Shown in pieces: positions 16,401 to 33,500 of a DNA stretch of 64,000 nt. Position 1 is the first letter of the stretch; each line of letters starts with the position of its first letter. The notes below the pieces were generated by a model. It worked only from the letters and a program-made list of their open reading frames with translations. It did not search any database and had not been told where the DNA came from. The position numbers and the translations under genes are program-made. Source of the DNA: Bugula neritina (taxonomy: Eukaryota > Animalia > Bryozoa); the NCBI GenBank assembly GCA_964035545.1, contig CAXIUT010000183.1:310001-374000 (forward strand), written 5' to 3'.

Positions 16401-19400
16401 ATTGCAATATACTGCAACATACCAAAATATATGGTAAACTACTGAAATATACTTTAACACATTGAAAAATACTGCAACATACTGAAATATACTGTAACAC
16501 ACTGAAATATACTGCAACATACTGAAATACACTGTAACATACTGAAATAAACTGCAACATACCAAAATATATAGTAAACTACTGAAATATACTTTAACAC
16601 ATTGAAAAATCCTGCAACATACTAAAATATACTGTAACACACTGCAAGATACTGCAACATACCGAAATACACTGTAACATAGTGAAACACACTGCAACAT
16701 ACTGCATTATACTGACATACACTGGAACATATTGAAATACACTGCAACATCCTACAACATGCTGAAATACGCTGTAACATATTGAAATACACTGCAACAC
16801 ATTGAAAAATACTGCAACATACCGAAATATATGGTAAACTATTGAATTATACTGTAACACATTGAAAAATACTGAAACAAACTGAAATATACTCTGACAC
16901 AATGCAAAATACTGTAACATACTGAAATATGCTGTAGCACACTGAAATACACTGCAACTCACTGAAATATACTGCAACATACTGAAAAACACTGTAACAT
17001 ATTGAGACATACTGCAACATACTGCAACATACTGAAATACACTGCAACATCCTACAACATACTGAAATACACTGTAACATTGTGAAATACACTGCAACAC
17101 ATTGAAAAATACTGCAACATACCGAAATATACAGTAAACTATTGAATTATACTGTAAAACATTGAAAAATACTGAAACACACTGAAATATACTCTGACAC
17201 AATGCAATATACTGTAACATACTGAAATATGCTGTAGCACACTGAAATACACTGCAACTCACTGAAATATACTACAACATACTGAAAAACACTGTAACAT
17301 ATTGAAACATACTGCAACATACTACAACATATTGAAAGACACTGCAACACATTGAAATATACTGCAACATACCTAAATATCCGGTAATATACTGGAATAT
17401 ACTGTAACACATTGAAAAATACTACAACATACTGAAATACACTGTAACATACTGAAATACACTGCAACAAACTACAACACATTGAAATACACTGCAACAC
17501 ATTGAAATATACTGCAACATACCTAAATATACGGTAATATACCGAAAAAAAACTGTAACAGATTGAAAAATTCTGCAACATACTGAAATAAACGGCAACA
17601 CACTGAAATACAGCGCAAAATACTACAACATACTGAAATACACTGTAACATATTGAAATACACTGCAACACTTTGAAATATACTGCAACATACCGAAATA
17701 TATGGTAAACTACTAAAATATACTGTAACACTTTGAAAAATAGTGCAACACGCTGAAATATACTCTGACACATTGCAATATACTGTAACATACTGAAATA
17801 TGCTGTAGCACACTGAAATACATTGCAACTCACTGAAATATACTGCAACATACTGAAATACACTGTAACATATTGAAAAATACTGCAACATACTGCAACA
17901 TACTGAAATACACTGTAACATACTGAAATACATTGCAAAATGCTACAACATACTGAAATACACTGTAACACATTGAAATATACTACAACATACCTAAATA
18001 TCCGGTAATATACTGAAATATACTGTAACACATTGAAAAATACTGCAACATACTGAAATACACTGCAACCCACTGAAATACATCGCAAAATACTACAACA
18101 TACTGAAATACACTGTAACATATTGAAATACACTGCAACACATTGAAATATACTGCAACCTACAGAAATAGGTGGTAAACTATTGAAATATACTGTAACA
18201 CATTGAAAAATACTGCAACATACTGAAATATACTGCGACACATTGCAATATACTGTAACATACTGAAATATGCTCTAGCACACTGAAATACATTGCAACT
18301 CACTGAAATATACTGCAACATACTGAAATACACTGTAACATATTGAAAAATACTGCAACATACTGCAACATACTGAAATACACTGTAACATACTGAAATA
18401 CATTGCAAAATGCTACAACATACTGAAATACACTGTAACACATTGAAATATACTACAACATACCTAAATATCCGGTAATATACTGAAATATACTGTAACA
18501 CATTGAAAAATACTGCAACATACTGAAATACACTGCAACCCACTGAAATACATCGCAAAATACTACAACATACTGAAATACACTGTAACATATTGAAATA
18601 CACTGCAACACATTGAAATATACTGCAACCTACAGAAATAGGTGGTAAACTATTGAAATATACTGTAACACATTGAAAAATACTGCAACATACTGAAATA
18701 TACTGCGACACATTGCAATATACTGTAACATACTGAAATATGCTCTAGCACACTGAAATACACTGCAACCCACTGAAATATACTGCAACATACGGAAATA
18801 CACTGCAACACATTGAAATACACTGCAACATACCAAAATAAATGGTAAACTACTGAAATATACTTTAACACATTGAAAAATACTGCAACATACTGAAATA
18901 TACTGTAACACACTGAAATATACTGCAACATACTGAAATACACTGTAACATACTGAAATAAACTGCAACATACTGAAGTACACTGCAACATCCTACAACA
19001 TACTGAAATACAATGTAACATATTGAAACACACTGCAACACATTGAAATATACTGCAATGTACCGAATTATATGGTGGACTACTGAAATGTACTGTAACA
19101 CACTGAAAAATACTGCAAGATACTGAAATATACTGCGACACATTGCAATATACTGTAACATACTGAAATATGCTACAGCACACTGAAATACACTGCAACT
19201 CACTGAAATATACTGCAACATATTGAAATACACTGCAACATTCTACAACATGCTGAAACACACTGTAACGTATTGAAATACACTGCAACACATTGAAATA
19301 TACAGCAACATACCGAAATATATGGTAAACTACTGAAATACACTGTAACACATTGCAAAAGACTGCAACATACTGAAATATACTGCGACACATTGCAATA

Positions 19401-22400
19401 TACTGTAACATACTGAAATATGCTCTAGCACACTGAAATACACTGCAACTCACTGAAATATACTGCAACATACTGAAATACACTGCAACACATTGAAATA
19501 TACTGCAACCTACAGAAATAGGTGGTAAACTACTGAAATATACTGTAACACATTGAAAAATACTGCAACATACTGAAATATACTGCGACACATTGTAATA
19601 TACTGTAACATACTGAAACATACTGTAGCACACTGAAATAGACTGCAGCTCACTGAAATATACTGCATTATACTGAAATTCACTGCAGCATCCTACAACA
19701 TGCTGAAATACACTGTAACATATTGAAATACACTGCAACAAACTACAACATATTGAAATACACTGCAACGCATTGAAAGACACTGCAACACATTGAAATA
19801 TACTGCAATATACCAATATATATGGTAAACTGCTGAAATATACTTTAACGCATTGAAAAATACTGCAACATACTGAAATATACTGTAACACACTGAAATA
19901 TACTGCAACATACTGAAATACACTGCTAGATACTGAAATATACTGCAACATACTGCAACAATCTGAAATACACTGTAACATACTGAAATACACTGCAACA
20001 AACTACAACATATTGAAATACACTGCAACACATTGAAATATACTGCAACATACCTAAATATACGGTAATATACCGAAAAAAAAACTGTAACAGATTGAAA
20101 AATTCTGCAACATACTGAAATAAACTGTAACATATTGAAATACACTGCAACACTTGGAAATATACTGTAACATACCGAAATATATGTTAAACTACTAAAA
20201 TATACTGTAACACTTTGAAAAACAGTGCAACATACTGAAATATACTGCGACACTTTGCAATGTACTGTAACATACTGAAATATGCTGTAGCACACTGAAA
20301 TACACTGCAACTCACTGAAATATACTGCAACATATTGAAATACACTGCAACATCCTACAACATGCTAAAATACACTGTAACATATTGAAATACAGTACAA
20401 CACATTGAAATATACTGCAACATACCGGAATATATGGTAAAGTACTGAAATATACTGTAACACACTGAAAAATACCGCAACATACTGAAATATACTGCGA
20501 CACATTGCAATATACTGCAACATACCAAAATATATGGTAAACTACTGAAATATACTTTAACACATTGAAAAATACTGCAACATACTGAAATATACTGTAA
20601 CACACTGAAATATACTGCAACATACTGAAATATACTGTAACACACTGAAATATACTGCAACATACTGAAATACACTGTAACATACTGAAATAAACTGCAA
20701 CATACTGAAGTACACTGCAACATCCTACAACATACTGAAATACAATGTAACATATTGAAACACACTGCAACACATTGAAATATACTGCAATGTACCGAAT
20801 TATATGGTGGACTACTGATTATATACTGTAACACACTGAAATATACTGCAACATACTGAAATACACTGTAACATACTGAAATAAACTGTAACATACTGAA
20901 ATACACTGCAACATCCTACAACATACTGAAATACACTGTAACATTGTGAAATACACTGCAACACATTGAAAAATACTGCAACATACCGAAATATACGGTA
21001 AACTATTGAATTATACTGTAACACATTGAAAAATACTGAAACACACTGAAATATACTCTGACACAATGCAATATACTGTAACATACTGAAATATGCTGTA
21101 GCACACTGAAATACACTGCAACTCACTGAAATATACTACAACATACTGAAAAACACTGTAACATATTGAAACATACTGCAACATACTACAACATATTGAA
21201 AGACACTGCAACACATTGAAATATACTGCAACATACCTAAATATCCGGTAATATACTGAAATATACTGTAACACATTGAAAAATACTACAACATACTGAA
21301 ATACACTGTAACATACTGAAATACACTGCAACAAACTACAACACATTGAAATACACTGCAACTCACTGAAATATACTACAACATACTGAAAAACACTGTA
21401 ACATATTGAAACATACTGCAACATACTACAACATATTGAAAGACACTGCAACACATTGAAATATACTGCAACATACCTAAATATACGGTAATATACCGAA
21501 AAAAAAACTGTAACAGATTGAAAAATTCTGCAACATACTGAAATAAACGGCAACACACTGAAATACAGCGCAAAATACTACAACATACTGAAATACACTG
21601 TAACATATTGAAATACACTGCAACACTTTGAAATATACTGCAACATACCGAAATATATGGTAAACTACTAAAATATACTGTAACACTTTGAAAAATAGTG
21701 CAACACGCTGAAATATACTCTGACACATTGCAATATACTGTAACATACTGAAATATGCTGTAGCACACTGAAATACATTGCAACTCACTGAAATATACTG
21801 CAACATACTGAAATACACTGTAACATATTGAAAAATACCGCAACATACTGCAACATACTGAAATACACTGTAACATACTGAAATACATTGCAAAATGCTA
21901 CAACATACTGAAATACACTGTAACACATTGAAATATACTACAACATACCTAAATATCCGGTAATATACTGAAATATACTGTAACACATTGAAAAATACTG
22001 CAACATACTGAAATACACTGCAACCCACTGAAATACATCGCAAAATACTACAACATACTGAAATACACTGTAACATATTGAAATACACTGCAACACATTG
22101 AAATATACTGCAACCTACAGAAATAGGTGGTAAACTATTGAAATATACTGTAACACATTGAAAAATACTGCAACATACTGAAATATACTGCGACACATTG
22201 CAATATACTGTAACATACTGAAATATGCTCTAGCACATTGAAATACACTGCAACCCACTGAAATATACTGCAACATACGGAAATACACTGCAACACATTG
22301 AAATACACTGCAACATACCAAAATAAATGGTAAACTACTGAAATATACTTTAACACATTGAAATATACTGCAACATACTGAAATACACTGTAACATACTG

Positions 22401-24549
22401 AAATAAACTGCAACATACTGAAGTACACTGCAACAGCCTACAACATACTGAAATACAATGTAACATATTGAAACACACTGCAACACATTGAAAGATACTG
22501 CAATGTACCGAATTATATGGTGGACTACTGAAATATACTGTAACACACTGAAAAATACTGCAAGATACTGAAATATACTGCGACACATTGCAATATACTG
22601 TAACATACTGAAATATGCTACAGCACACTGAAATACACTGCAACTCACTGAAATATACTGCAACATATTGAAATACACTGCAACATTCTACAACATGCTG
22701 AAACACACTGTAACGTATTGAAATACACTGCAACACATTGAAATATACAGCAACATACCGAAATATATGGTAAACTACTGAAATACACTGTAACACATTG
22801 CAAAAGACTGCAACATACTGAAATATACTGCGACACATTGCAATATACTGTAACATACTGAAATATGCTCTAGCACACTGAAATACACTGCAACTCACTG
22901 AAATATACTGCAACATACAGAAATACACTGCAACACATTGAAATATACTGCAACCTACAGAAATAGGTGGTAAACTACTGAAATATACTGTAACACATTG
23001 AAAAATACTGCAACATACTGAAATATACTGCGACACATTGTAATATACTGTAACATACTGAAACATACTGTAGCACACTGAAATAGACTGCAGCTCACTG
23101 AAATATACTGCATTATACTGAAATTCACTGCAGCATCCTACAACATGCTGAAATACACTGTAACATATTGAAATACACTGCAACAAACTACAACATATTG
23201 AAATACACTGCAACGCATTGAAAGACACTGCAACACATTGAAATATACTGCAATATACCAATATATATGGTAAACTGCTGAAATATACTTTAACACATTG
23301 AAAAATACTGCAACATACTGAAATATACTGTAACACACTGAAAAATACTGCAACATACTGAAATACAATGCTAGATACTGAAATATACTGCAACATACTG
23401 CAACAATCTGAAATACACTGTAACATACTGAAATACACTGCAACAAACTACAACATATTGAAATACACTGCAACACATTGAAATATACTGCAACATACCT
23501 AATTATACGGTAATATACCGAAAAAAAAACTGTAACAGATTGAAATACACTGCAACACTTGGAAATATACTGTAACATACCGAAATATATGTTAAACTAC
23601 TAAAATATACTGTAACACTTTGAAAAACAGTGCAACATACTGAAATATACTGCGACACTTTGCGATGTACTGTAACATACTGAAATATGCTGTAGCACAC
23701 TGAAATACACTGCAACTCACTGAAATATACTGCAACATATTGAAATACACTGCAACATCCTACAACATGCTAAAATACACTGTAACATATTGAAATACAG
23801 TACAACACATTGAAATATACTGCAACATACCGGAATATATGGTAAAGTACTGAAATATACTGTAACACACTGAAAAATACTGCAACATACTGAAATATAC
23901 TGCGACACATTGCAATATACTGCAACATACCAAAATATATGGTAAACTACTGAAATATACTTTAACACATTGAAAAATACTGCAACATACTGAAATATAC
24001 TGTAACACACTGAAATATACTGCAACATACTGAAATACACTGTAACATACTGAAATAAACTGCAACATACCAAAATATATAGTAAACTACTGAAATATAC
24101 TTTAACACATTGAAAAATCCTGCAACATACTAAAATATACTGTAACACACTGCAAGATACTGCAACATACCGAAATACACTGTAACATAGTGAAACACAC
24201 TGCAACATACTGCATTATACTGACATACACTGGAACATATTGAAATACACTGCAACATCCTACAACATGCTGAAATACGCTGTAACATATTGAAATACAC
24301 TGCAACACATTGAAAAATACTGCAACATACCGAAATATATGGTAAACTATTGAATTATACTGTAACACATTGAAAAATACTGAAACAAACTGAAATATAC
24401 TCTGACACAATGCAAAATACTGTAACATACTGAAATATGCTGTAGCACACTGAAATACACTGCAACTCACTGAAATATACTGCAACATACTGAAAAACAC
24501 TGTAACATATTGAGACATACTGCAACATACTGCAACATACTGAAATACA
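9520..24549. repeat. Near-perfect 7508-bp tandem duplication of satellite (~9520-17027 / ~17028-24549)
   Basis: ORFs from 9639 to 16252 recur with identical translation at +7508 (9639/17147, 11142/18650, 14842/22350, 16209/23717). The unique junction GGTGGACTACTGATTATATACTG is present at ~13298 and ~20806. Confidence 0.9.
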
Positions 24550-27500
24550 GCGCAAAATACTACAACATACTGAAATACACTGTAACATATTGAAATACAC
24601 TGCAACACTTTGAAATATACTGCAACATACCGAAATATATGGTAAACTACTAAAATATACTGTAACACTTTGAAAAATAGTGCAACACACTGAAATATAC
24701 TCTGACACATTGCAATATACTGTAACATACTGAAATATGCTGTAGCACACTGAAATACATTGCAACTCACTGAAATATACTGCAACATACTGAAATACAC
24801 TGTAACATATTGAAAAATACTGCAACATACTGCAACATACTGAAATACACTGTAACATACTGAAATACATTGCAAAATACTACAACATACTGAAATACAC
24901 TGTAACACATTGAAATATACTACAACATACCTAAATATCCGGTAATATACTGAAATATACTGTAACACATTGAAAAATACTGCAACATACTGAAATACAC
25001 TGCAACCCACTGAAATACATCGCAAAATACTACAACATACCGAAATACACTGTAACATATTGAAATACACTGCAACACATTGAAATATACTGCAACCTAC
25101 AGAAATAGGTGGTAAACTACTGAAATATACTGTAACACATTGAAAAATACTGCAACATACTGAAATATACTGCGACACATTGCAATATACTGTAACATAC
25201 TGAAATATGCTCTAGCACACTGAAATACACTGCAACCCACTGAAATATACTGCAACATACCGGAATATATGGTAAAGTACTGAAATATACTGTAACACAC
25301 TGAAAAATACTGCAACATACTGAAATATACTGCGACACATTGCAATATACTGCAACATACCAAAACATATGGTAAACTACTGAAATATACTTTAACACAT
25401 TGAAAAATACTGCAACATACTGAAATATACTGTAACACACTGAAATATACTGCAACATACTGAAATACACTGTAACATACTGAAATAAACTGCAACATAC
25501 CAAAATATATGGTAAACTACTGAAATATACTTTAACACATTGAAAAATCCTGCAACATACTAAAATATACTGTAACACACTGCAAGATACTGCAACATAC
25601 TGAAATACACTGAAACATACTGAAATAAACTGCAACATACCAAAATATATGGTAAACTACTGAAATATACTGTAACACACTGAAAATTACTGCAACATAC
25701 TGAAATATACTGTAACACACTGAAATATACTGCAACAAACTGAAATACACTGTAACATATTGAAATAAACTGCAACATACCAAAATATATGGTAAACTAC
25801 TGAAATATACTTTAACACATTGAAAAATACTGCAACATACTAAAATATACCGTAACACACTGCAAGATACTGCAACATACCGAAATACACTGTAACATAC
25901 TGAAACACACTGCAACATACTGCATTATACTGACATACACTGGAACATATTGAAATACACTGCAACACAATGAAATATACTGCAACATACCAAAATATAT
26001 GGTAAACTACTGAAATATACTTTAACACATTGAAAAATACTGCAACATACTGAAATATACTGTAACACACTGAAATATGCTGCAACATACTGCAACAATC
26101 TGAAATACACTGTAACATACTGAAATACACTGCAACAAACTACAACATATTGAAATACACTGCAACACATTGAAATATACTGCAACATACCTAAATATAC
26201 GGTAATATACCGAAAAAAAAACTGTAACAGATTGAAAAATTCTGCAACATACTGAAATAAACTGCAACACACTGAAATACACCGCAAAATACTACAACAT
26301 ACTGAAATACACTGTAACATATTGAAATACACTGCAACACTTTGAAATATACTGCAACATACCGAAATATATGTTAAACCTCTAAAATATACTGTAACAC
26401 TTTGAAAAACAGTGCAACATACTGAAATATACTGCGACACTTTGCAATGTACTGTAACATACTGAAATATGCTGTAGCACACTGAAATACACTGCAACTC
26501 ACTGAAATATACTGCAACATATTGAAATACACTGCAACATCCTACAACATGCTAAAATACACGGTAACATATTGAAATACAGTACAACACGTTGAAATAT
26601 ACTGCAACATACCGGAATATATGGTAAAGTACTGAAATATACTGTAACACACTGAAAAATACTGCAACATACTGAAATATACTGCGACACATTGCAATAT
26701 ACTGCAACATACCAAAATATATGGTAAACTACTGAAATATACTTTAACACATTGAAAAATACTGCAACATACTGAAATATACTGTAACACACTGAAATAT
26801 ACTGCAACATACTGAAATACACTGTAACATACTGAAATAAACTGCAACATACCAAAATATATGGTAAACTACTGAAATATACTTTAACACATTGAAAAAT
26901 CCTGCAACATACTAAAATATACTGTAACACACTGCAAGATACTGAAACATACTGAAATACACTGAAACATACTGAAATAAACTGCAACATACCAAAATAC
27001 ATGGTAAACTACTGAAATATACTGTAACACACTGAAAAATACGGCAACATACTGAAATATACTGCGACACATTGCAATATACTGCAACATACCAAAATAT
27101 ATGGTAAACTACTGAAATATACTTTAACACATTGAAAATTACTGCAACATACTGAAATATGCTGTAACACACTGAAATATACTGCAACAAACTGAAATAC
27201 ACTGTAACATATTGAAATAAACTGCAACATACCAAAATATATGGTAAACTACTGAAATATACTTTAACACATTGAAAAATACTGCAACATACTAAAATAT
27301 ACCGTAACACACTGCAAGATACTGCAACATACCGAAATACACTGTAACATACTGAAACACACTGCAACATACTGCATTATACTGACATACACTGGAACAT
27401 ATTGAAATACACTGCAACACAATGAAATATACTGCAACATACCAAAATATATGGTAAACTACTGAAATATACTTTAACACATTGAAAAATACTGCAACAT

Positions 27501-30500
27501 ACTGAAATATACTGTAACACACTGAAATATACTGCAACATACTGAAATACACTGTAACATACTGAAATAAACTGTAACATACTGAAATACACTGCAACAT
27601 CCTACAACATACTGAATTACACTGTAACATTGTGAAATACACTGCAACACATTGAAAAATACTGCAACATACCGAAATATACGGTAAACTATTGAATTAT
27701 ACTGTAACACATTGAAAAATACTGAAACACACTGAAATATACTCTGACACAATGCAATATACTGTAACATACTGAAATATGCTGTAGCACACTGAAATAC
27801 ACTGCAACTCACTGAAATATACTACAACATACTGAAAAACACTGTAACATATTGAAACCTACTGCAACATACTACAACATATTGAAAGACACTGCAACAC
27901 ATTGAAATATACTGCAACATACCTAAATATCCGGTAATATACTGAAATATACTGTAACACATTGAAAAATACTACAACATACTGAAATACACTGTAACAT
28001 ATTGAAATACACTGCAACACATTGAAATATACTGCAACCTATAGAAATATATGGTAAACTACTGAAATATACTGTAACACATTGAAAAATACTGCAACAT
28101 ACTGAAACATACTGCGACACATTGCAATATACAGTAACATACTGAAACATGCTGTAGCACACTGAAATAGACTGCAGCTCACTGAAATATACTGCAACAT
28201 ACTGAAATACACTGCTACATACTGAAATATACTGCAACATACTGCAACATACTGAAATACACTGTAACATACTGAAATACACTGCAACAAACTACAACAT
28301 ATTGAAATACACTGCAACACATTGAAATATACTGCAATATACCTAAATATACGGTAATATACCGAAAAAAAAACTGTAACAGATTGAAAAATTCTGCAAC
28401 ATACTGAAATAAACTGCAACACACTGAAATACAGCGCAAAATACTACAACATACTGAATTACACTGTAACATATTGAAATACACTGCAACACTTTGAAAT
28501 ATACTGCAACATACCGAAATATATGGTAAACTACTAAAATATACTGTAACACTTTGAAAAATAGTGCAACACACTGAAATATACTCTGACACATTGCAAT
28601 ATACTGTAACATACTGAAATATGCTGTAGCACACTGAAATACATTGCAACTCACTGAAATATACTGCAACATACTGAAATACACTGTAACATATTGAAAA
28701 ATACTGCAACATACTGCAACATACTGAAATACACTGTAACATACTGAAATACATTGCAAAGTACTACAACATACTGAAATACACTGTAACACATTGAAAT
28801 ATACTACAACATACCTAAATATCCGGTAATATACTGAAATATACTGTAACACATTGAAAAATACTGCAACATACTGAAATACACTGCAACCCACTGAAAT
28901 ACATCGCAAAATACTACAACATACTGAAATACACTGTAACATATTGAAATACACTGCAACACATTGAAATATACTGCAACCTACAGAAATAGGTGGTAAA
29001 CTACTGAAATATACTGTAACACATTGAAAAATACTGCAACATACTGAAATATACTGTAACACACTGAAATATACTGCAACATACTGAAATACACTGTAAC
29101 ATACTGAAATAAACTGCAACATACCAAAATATATGGTAAACTACTGAAATATACTTTAACACATTGAAAAATCCTGCAACATACTAAAATATACTGTAAC
29201 ACACTGCAAGATACTGCAACATACTGAAATACACTGAAACATACTGAAATAAACTGCAACATACCAAAATATATGGTAAACTACTGAAATATACTGTAAC
29301 ACACTGAAAATTACTGCAACATACTGAAATATACTGTAACACACTGAAATATACTGCAACAAACTGAAATACACTGTAACATATTGAAATAAACTGCAAC
29401 ATACCAAAATATATGGTAAACTACTGAAATATACTTTAACACATTGAAAAATACTGCAACATACTAAAATATACCGTAACACACTGCAAGATACTGCAAC
29501 ATACCGAAATACACTGTAACATACTGAAACACACTGCAACATACTGCATTATACTGACATACACTGGAACATATTGAAATACACTGCAACACAATGAAAT
29601 ATACTGCAACATACCAAAATATATGGTAAACTACTAAAATATACTTTAACACATTGAAAAATACTGCAACATACTGAAATATACTGTAACACACTGAAAT
29701 ATACTGCAACATACTGAAATACACTGTAACATACTGAAAGAAACTGTAACATACTGAAATACACTGCAACATCCTACAACATACTGAATTACACTGTAAC
29801 ATTGTGAAATACACTGCAACACATTGAAAAATACTGCAACATACCGAAATATACGGTAAACTATTGAATTATACTGTAACACATTGAAAAATACTGAGAC
29901 ACACTGAAATATTTTTCTGACACAATGCAATATACTGTAACATACTGAAATATGCTGTAGCACACTGAAATACACTGCAACTCACTGAAATATACTACAA
30001 CATACTGAAAAACACTGTAACATATTGAAACATACTGCAACATACTACAACATATTGAAAGACACTGCAACACATTGAAATATACTGCAACATACCTAAA
30101 TATCCGGTAATATACTGAAATATACTGTAACACATTGAAAAATACTACAACATACTGAAATACACTGTAACATATTGAAATACACTGCAACACATTGAAA
30201 TATACTGCAACCTATAGAAATATATGGTAAACTACTGAAATATACTGTAACACATTGAAAAATACTGCAACATACTGAAACATACTGCGACACATTGCAA
30301 TATACAGTAACATACTGAAACATGCTGTAGCACACTGAAATAGACTGCAGCTCACTGAAATATACTGCAACATACTGAAATACACTGCTACATACTGAAA
30401 TATACTGCAACATACTGCAACATACTGAAATACACTGTAACATACTGAAATACACTGCAACAAACTACAACATATTGAAATATACTGCAACACATTGAAA

Positions 30501-33500
30501 TATCTTGCAACATACCTAAATATACGGTAATATACCGAAAAAAAAACTGTAACAGATTGAAAAATTCTGCAACATACTGAAATAAACTGCAACACACTGA
30601 AATACAGCGCAAAATACTACAACATACTGAAATACACTGTAACATATTGAAATACACTGCAACACTTTGAAATATACTGCAACATACCGAAATATATGGT
30701 AAACTACTAAAATATACTGTAACACTTTGAAAAATAGTGCAACACACTGAAATATACTCTGACACATTGCAATATACTGTAACATACTGAAATATGCTGT
30801 AGCACACTGAAATACATTGCAACTCACTGAAATATACTGCAACATACTGAAATACACTGTAACATATTGAAAAATACTGCAACATACTGCAACATACTGA
30901 AATACACTGCAACATATTGAAAGACACTGCAAGACAATGAAATATACTGCAACATACTGAAATATACTGTAACACACTGAAATATACTGCAACATACTGA
31001 AATACACTGATACATACTGAAATATACTGCAACATACTGCAACATACTGAAATACACTGTAACATACTGAAATACACTGCAACAAACTACAACATATTGA
31101 AATACACTGCAACACATTGAAATATACTGCAACATACCTAAATATACGGTAATATAGCGGAAAAAAACTGTAACAGATTGACAAATTCTGCAACATACTG
31201 AAATATACTGCGACACATTGCAATATACTGTAACATACTGAAATATGCTCTAGCACACTGAAATACACTGCAACCCACTGAAATATACTGCAACATACGG
31301 AAATACACTGCAACACATTGAAATACACAGCAACATACCAAAATAAATGGTAAACTACTGAAATATACTTTAACACATTGAAAAATACTGCAACATACTG
31401 AAATATACTGTAACACACTGAAATATACTGCAACATACTGAAATACACTGTAACATATTGAAACACACTGCAACAAACTACAACATATTGAAATACACTG
31501 CAACGCATTGAAAGACACTGCAACACATTGAAATATACTGCAATATACCAATATATATGGTAAACTGCTGAAATATACTTCAACACATTGAAAAATACTG
31601 CAACATACTGAAATATACTGTAACACACTGAAATATACTGCAACATACTGCAACAATCTGAAATACACTGTAACATACTGAAATACACTGCAACAAACTA
31701 CAACATATTGAAATACACTGCAACACATTGAAATATACTGCAACATACCTAAATATACGGCGGTAATATACCGAAAAAAAAACTGTAACAGATTGAAAAA
31801 TTCTGCAACATACTGAAATAAACTGCAACACACTGAAATACACCGCAAAATACTACAACATACTGAAATACACTGTAACATATTGAAATACACTGCAACA
31901 CTTTGAAATATACTGCAACATACCGAAATATATGTTAAACTACTAAAATATACTGTAACACTTTGAAAAACAGTGCAACATACTGAAATATACTGCGACA
32001 CTTTGCAATGTACTGTAACATACTGAAATATGCTGTAGCACACTGAAATACACTGCAACTCACTGAAATATACTGCAACATATTGAAATACACTGCAACA
32101 TCCTACAACATGCTAAAATACACGGTAACATATTGAAATACAGTACAACACGTTGATATATACTGCAACATACCGGAATATATGGTAAAGTACTGAAATA
32201 TACTGTAACACACTGAAAAATACTGCAACATACTGAAATATACTGCGACACATTGCAATATACTGCAACATACCAAAATATATGGTAAACTACTGAAATA
32301 TACTTTAACACATTGAAAAATACTGCAACATACTGAAATATACTGTAACACACTGAAATATACTGCAACATACTGAAATACACTGTAACATACTGAAATA
32401 AACTGCAACATACCAAAATATACGGTAAACTACTGAAATATACTTTAACACATTGAAAAATCCTGCAACATACTAAAATATACTGTAACACACTGCAAGA
32501 TACTGCAACATACTAAAATACACTGAAACATACTGAAATAAACTGCAACATACCAAAATACATGGTAAACTACTGAAATATACTGTAACACACTGAAAAA
32601 TACTGCAACATACTGAAATATACTGCGACACATTGCAATATACTGCAACATACCAAAATATATGGTAAACTACTGAAATATACTTTAACACATTGAAAAT
32701 TACTGCAACATACTGAAATATACTGTAACACACTGAAATATACTGCAACAAACTGAAATACACTGTAACATATTGAAATAAACTGCAACATACCAAAATA
32801 TATGGTAAACTACTGAAATATACTTTAACACATTGAAAAAGACTGCAACATACTAAAATATACCGTAACACACTGCAAGATACTGCAACATACCGAAATA
32901 CACTGTAACATACTAAAACACACTGCAACATACTGCATTATACTGACATACACTGGAACATATTGAAATACACTGCAACACAATGAAATATACTGCAACA
33001 TACCAAAATATATGGTAAACTACTGAAATATACTTTAACACATTGAAAAATACTGCAACATACTGAAATACACTGTAACACACTGAAATATACTGCAACA
33101 TACTGAAATACACTGTAACATACTGAAATAAACTGTAACATACTGAAATACACTGCAACATCCTACAACATACTGAATTACACTGTAACATTGTGAAATA
33201 CACTGCAACACATTGAAAAATACTGCAACATACCGAAATATACGGTAAACTATTGAATTATACTGTAACACATTGAAAAATACTGAAACACACTGAAATA
33301 TACTCTGACACAATGCAATATACTGTAACATACTGAAATATGCTGTAGCACACTGAAATACACTGCAACTCACTGAAATATACTACAACATACTGAAAAA
33401 CACTGTAACATATTGAAACATACTGCAACATACTACAACATATTGAAAGACACTGCAACACATTGAAATATACTGCAACATACCTAAATATCCGGTAATA

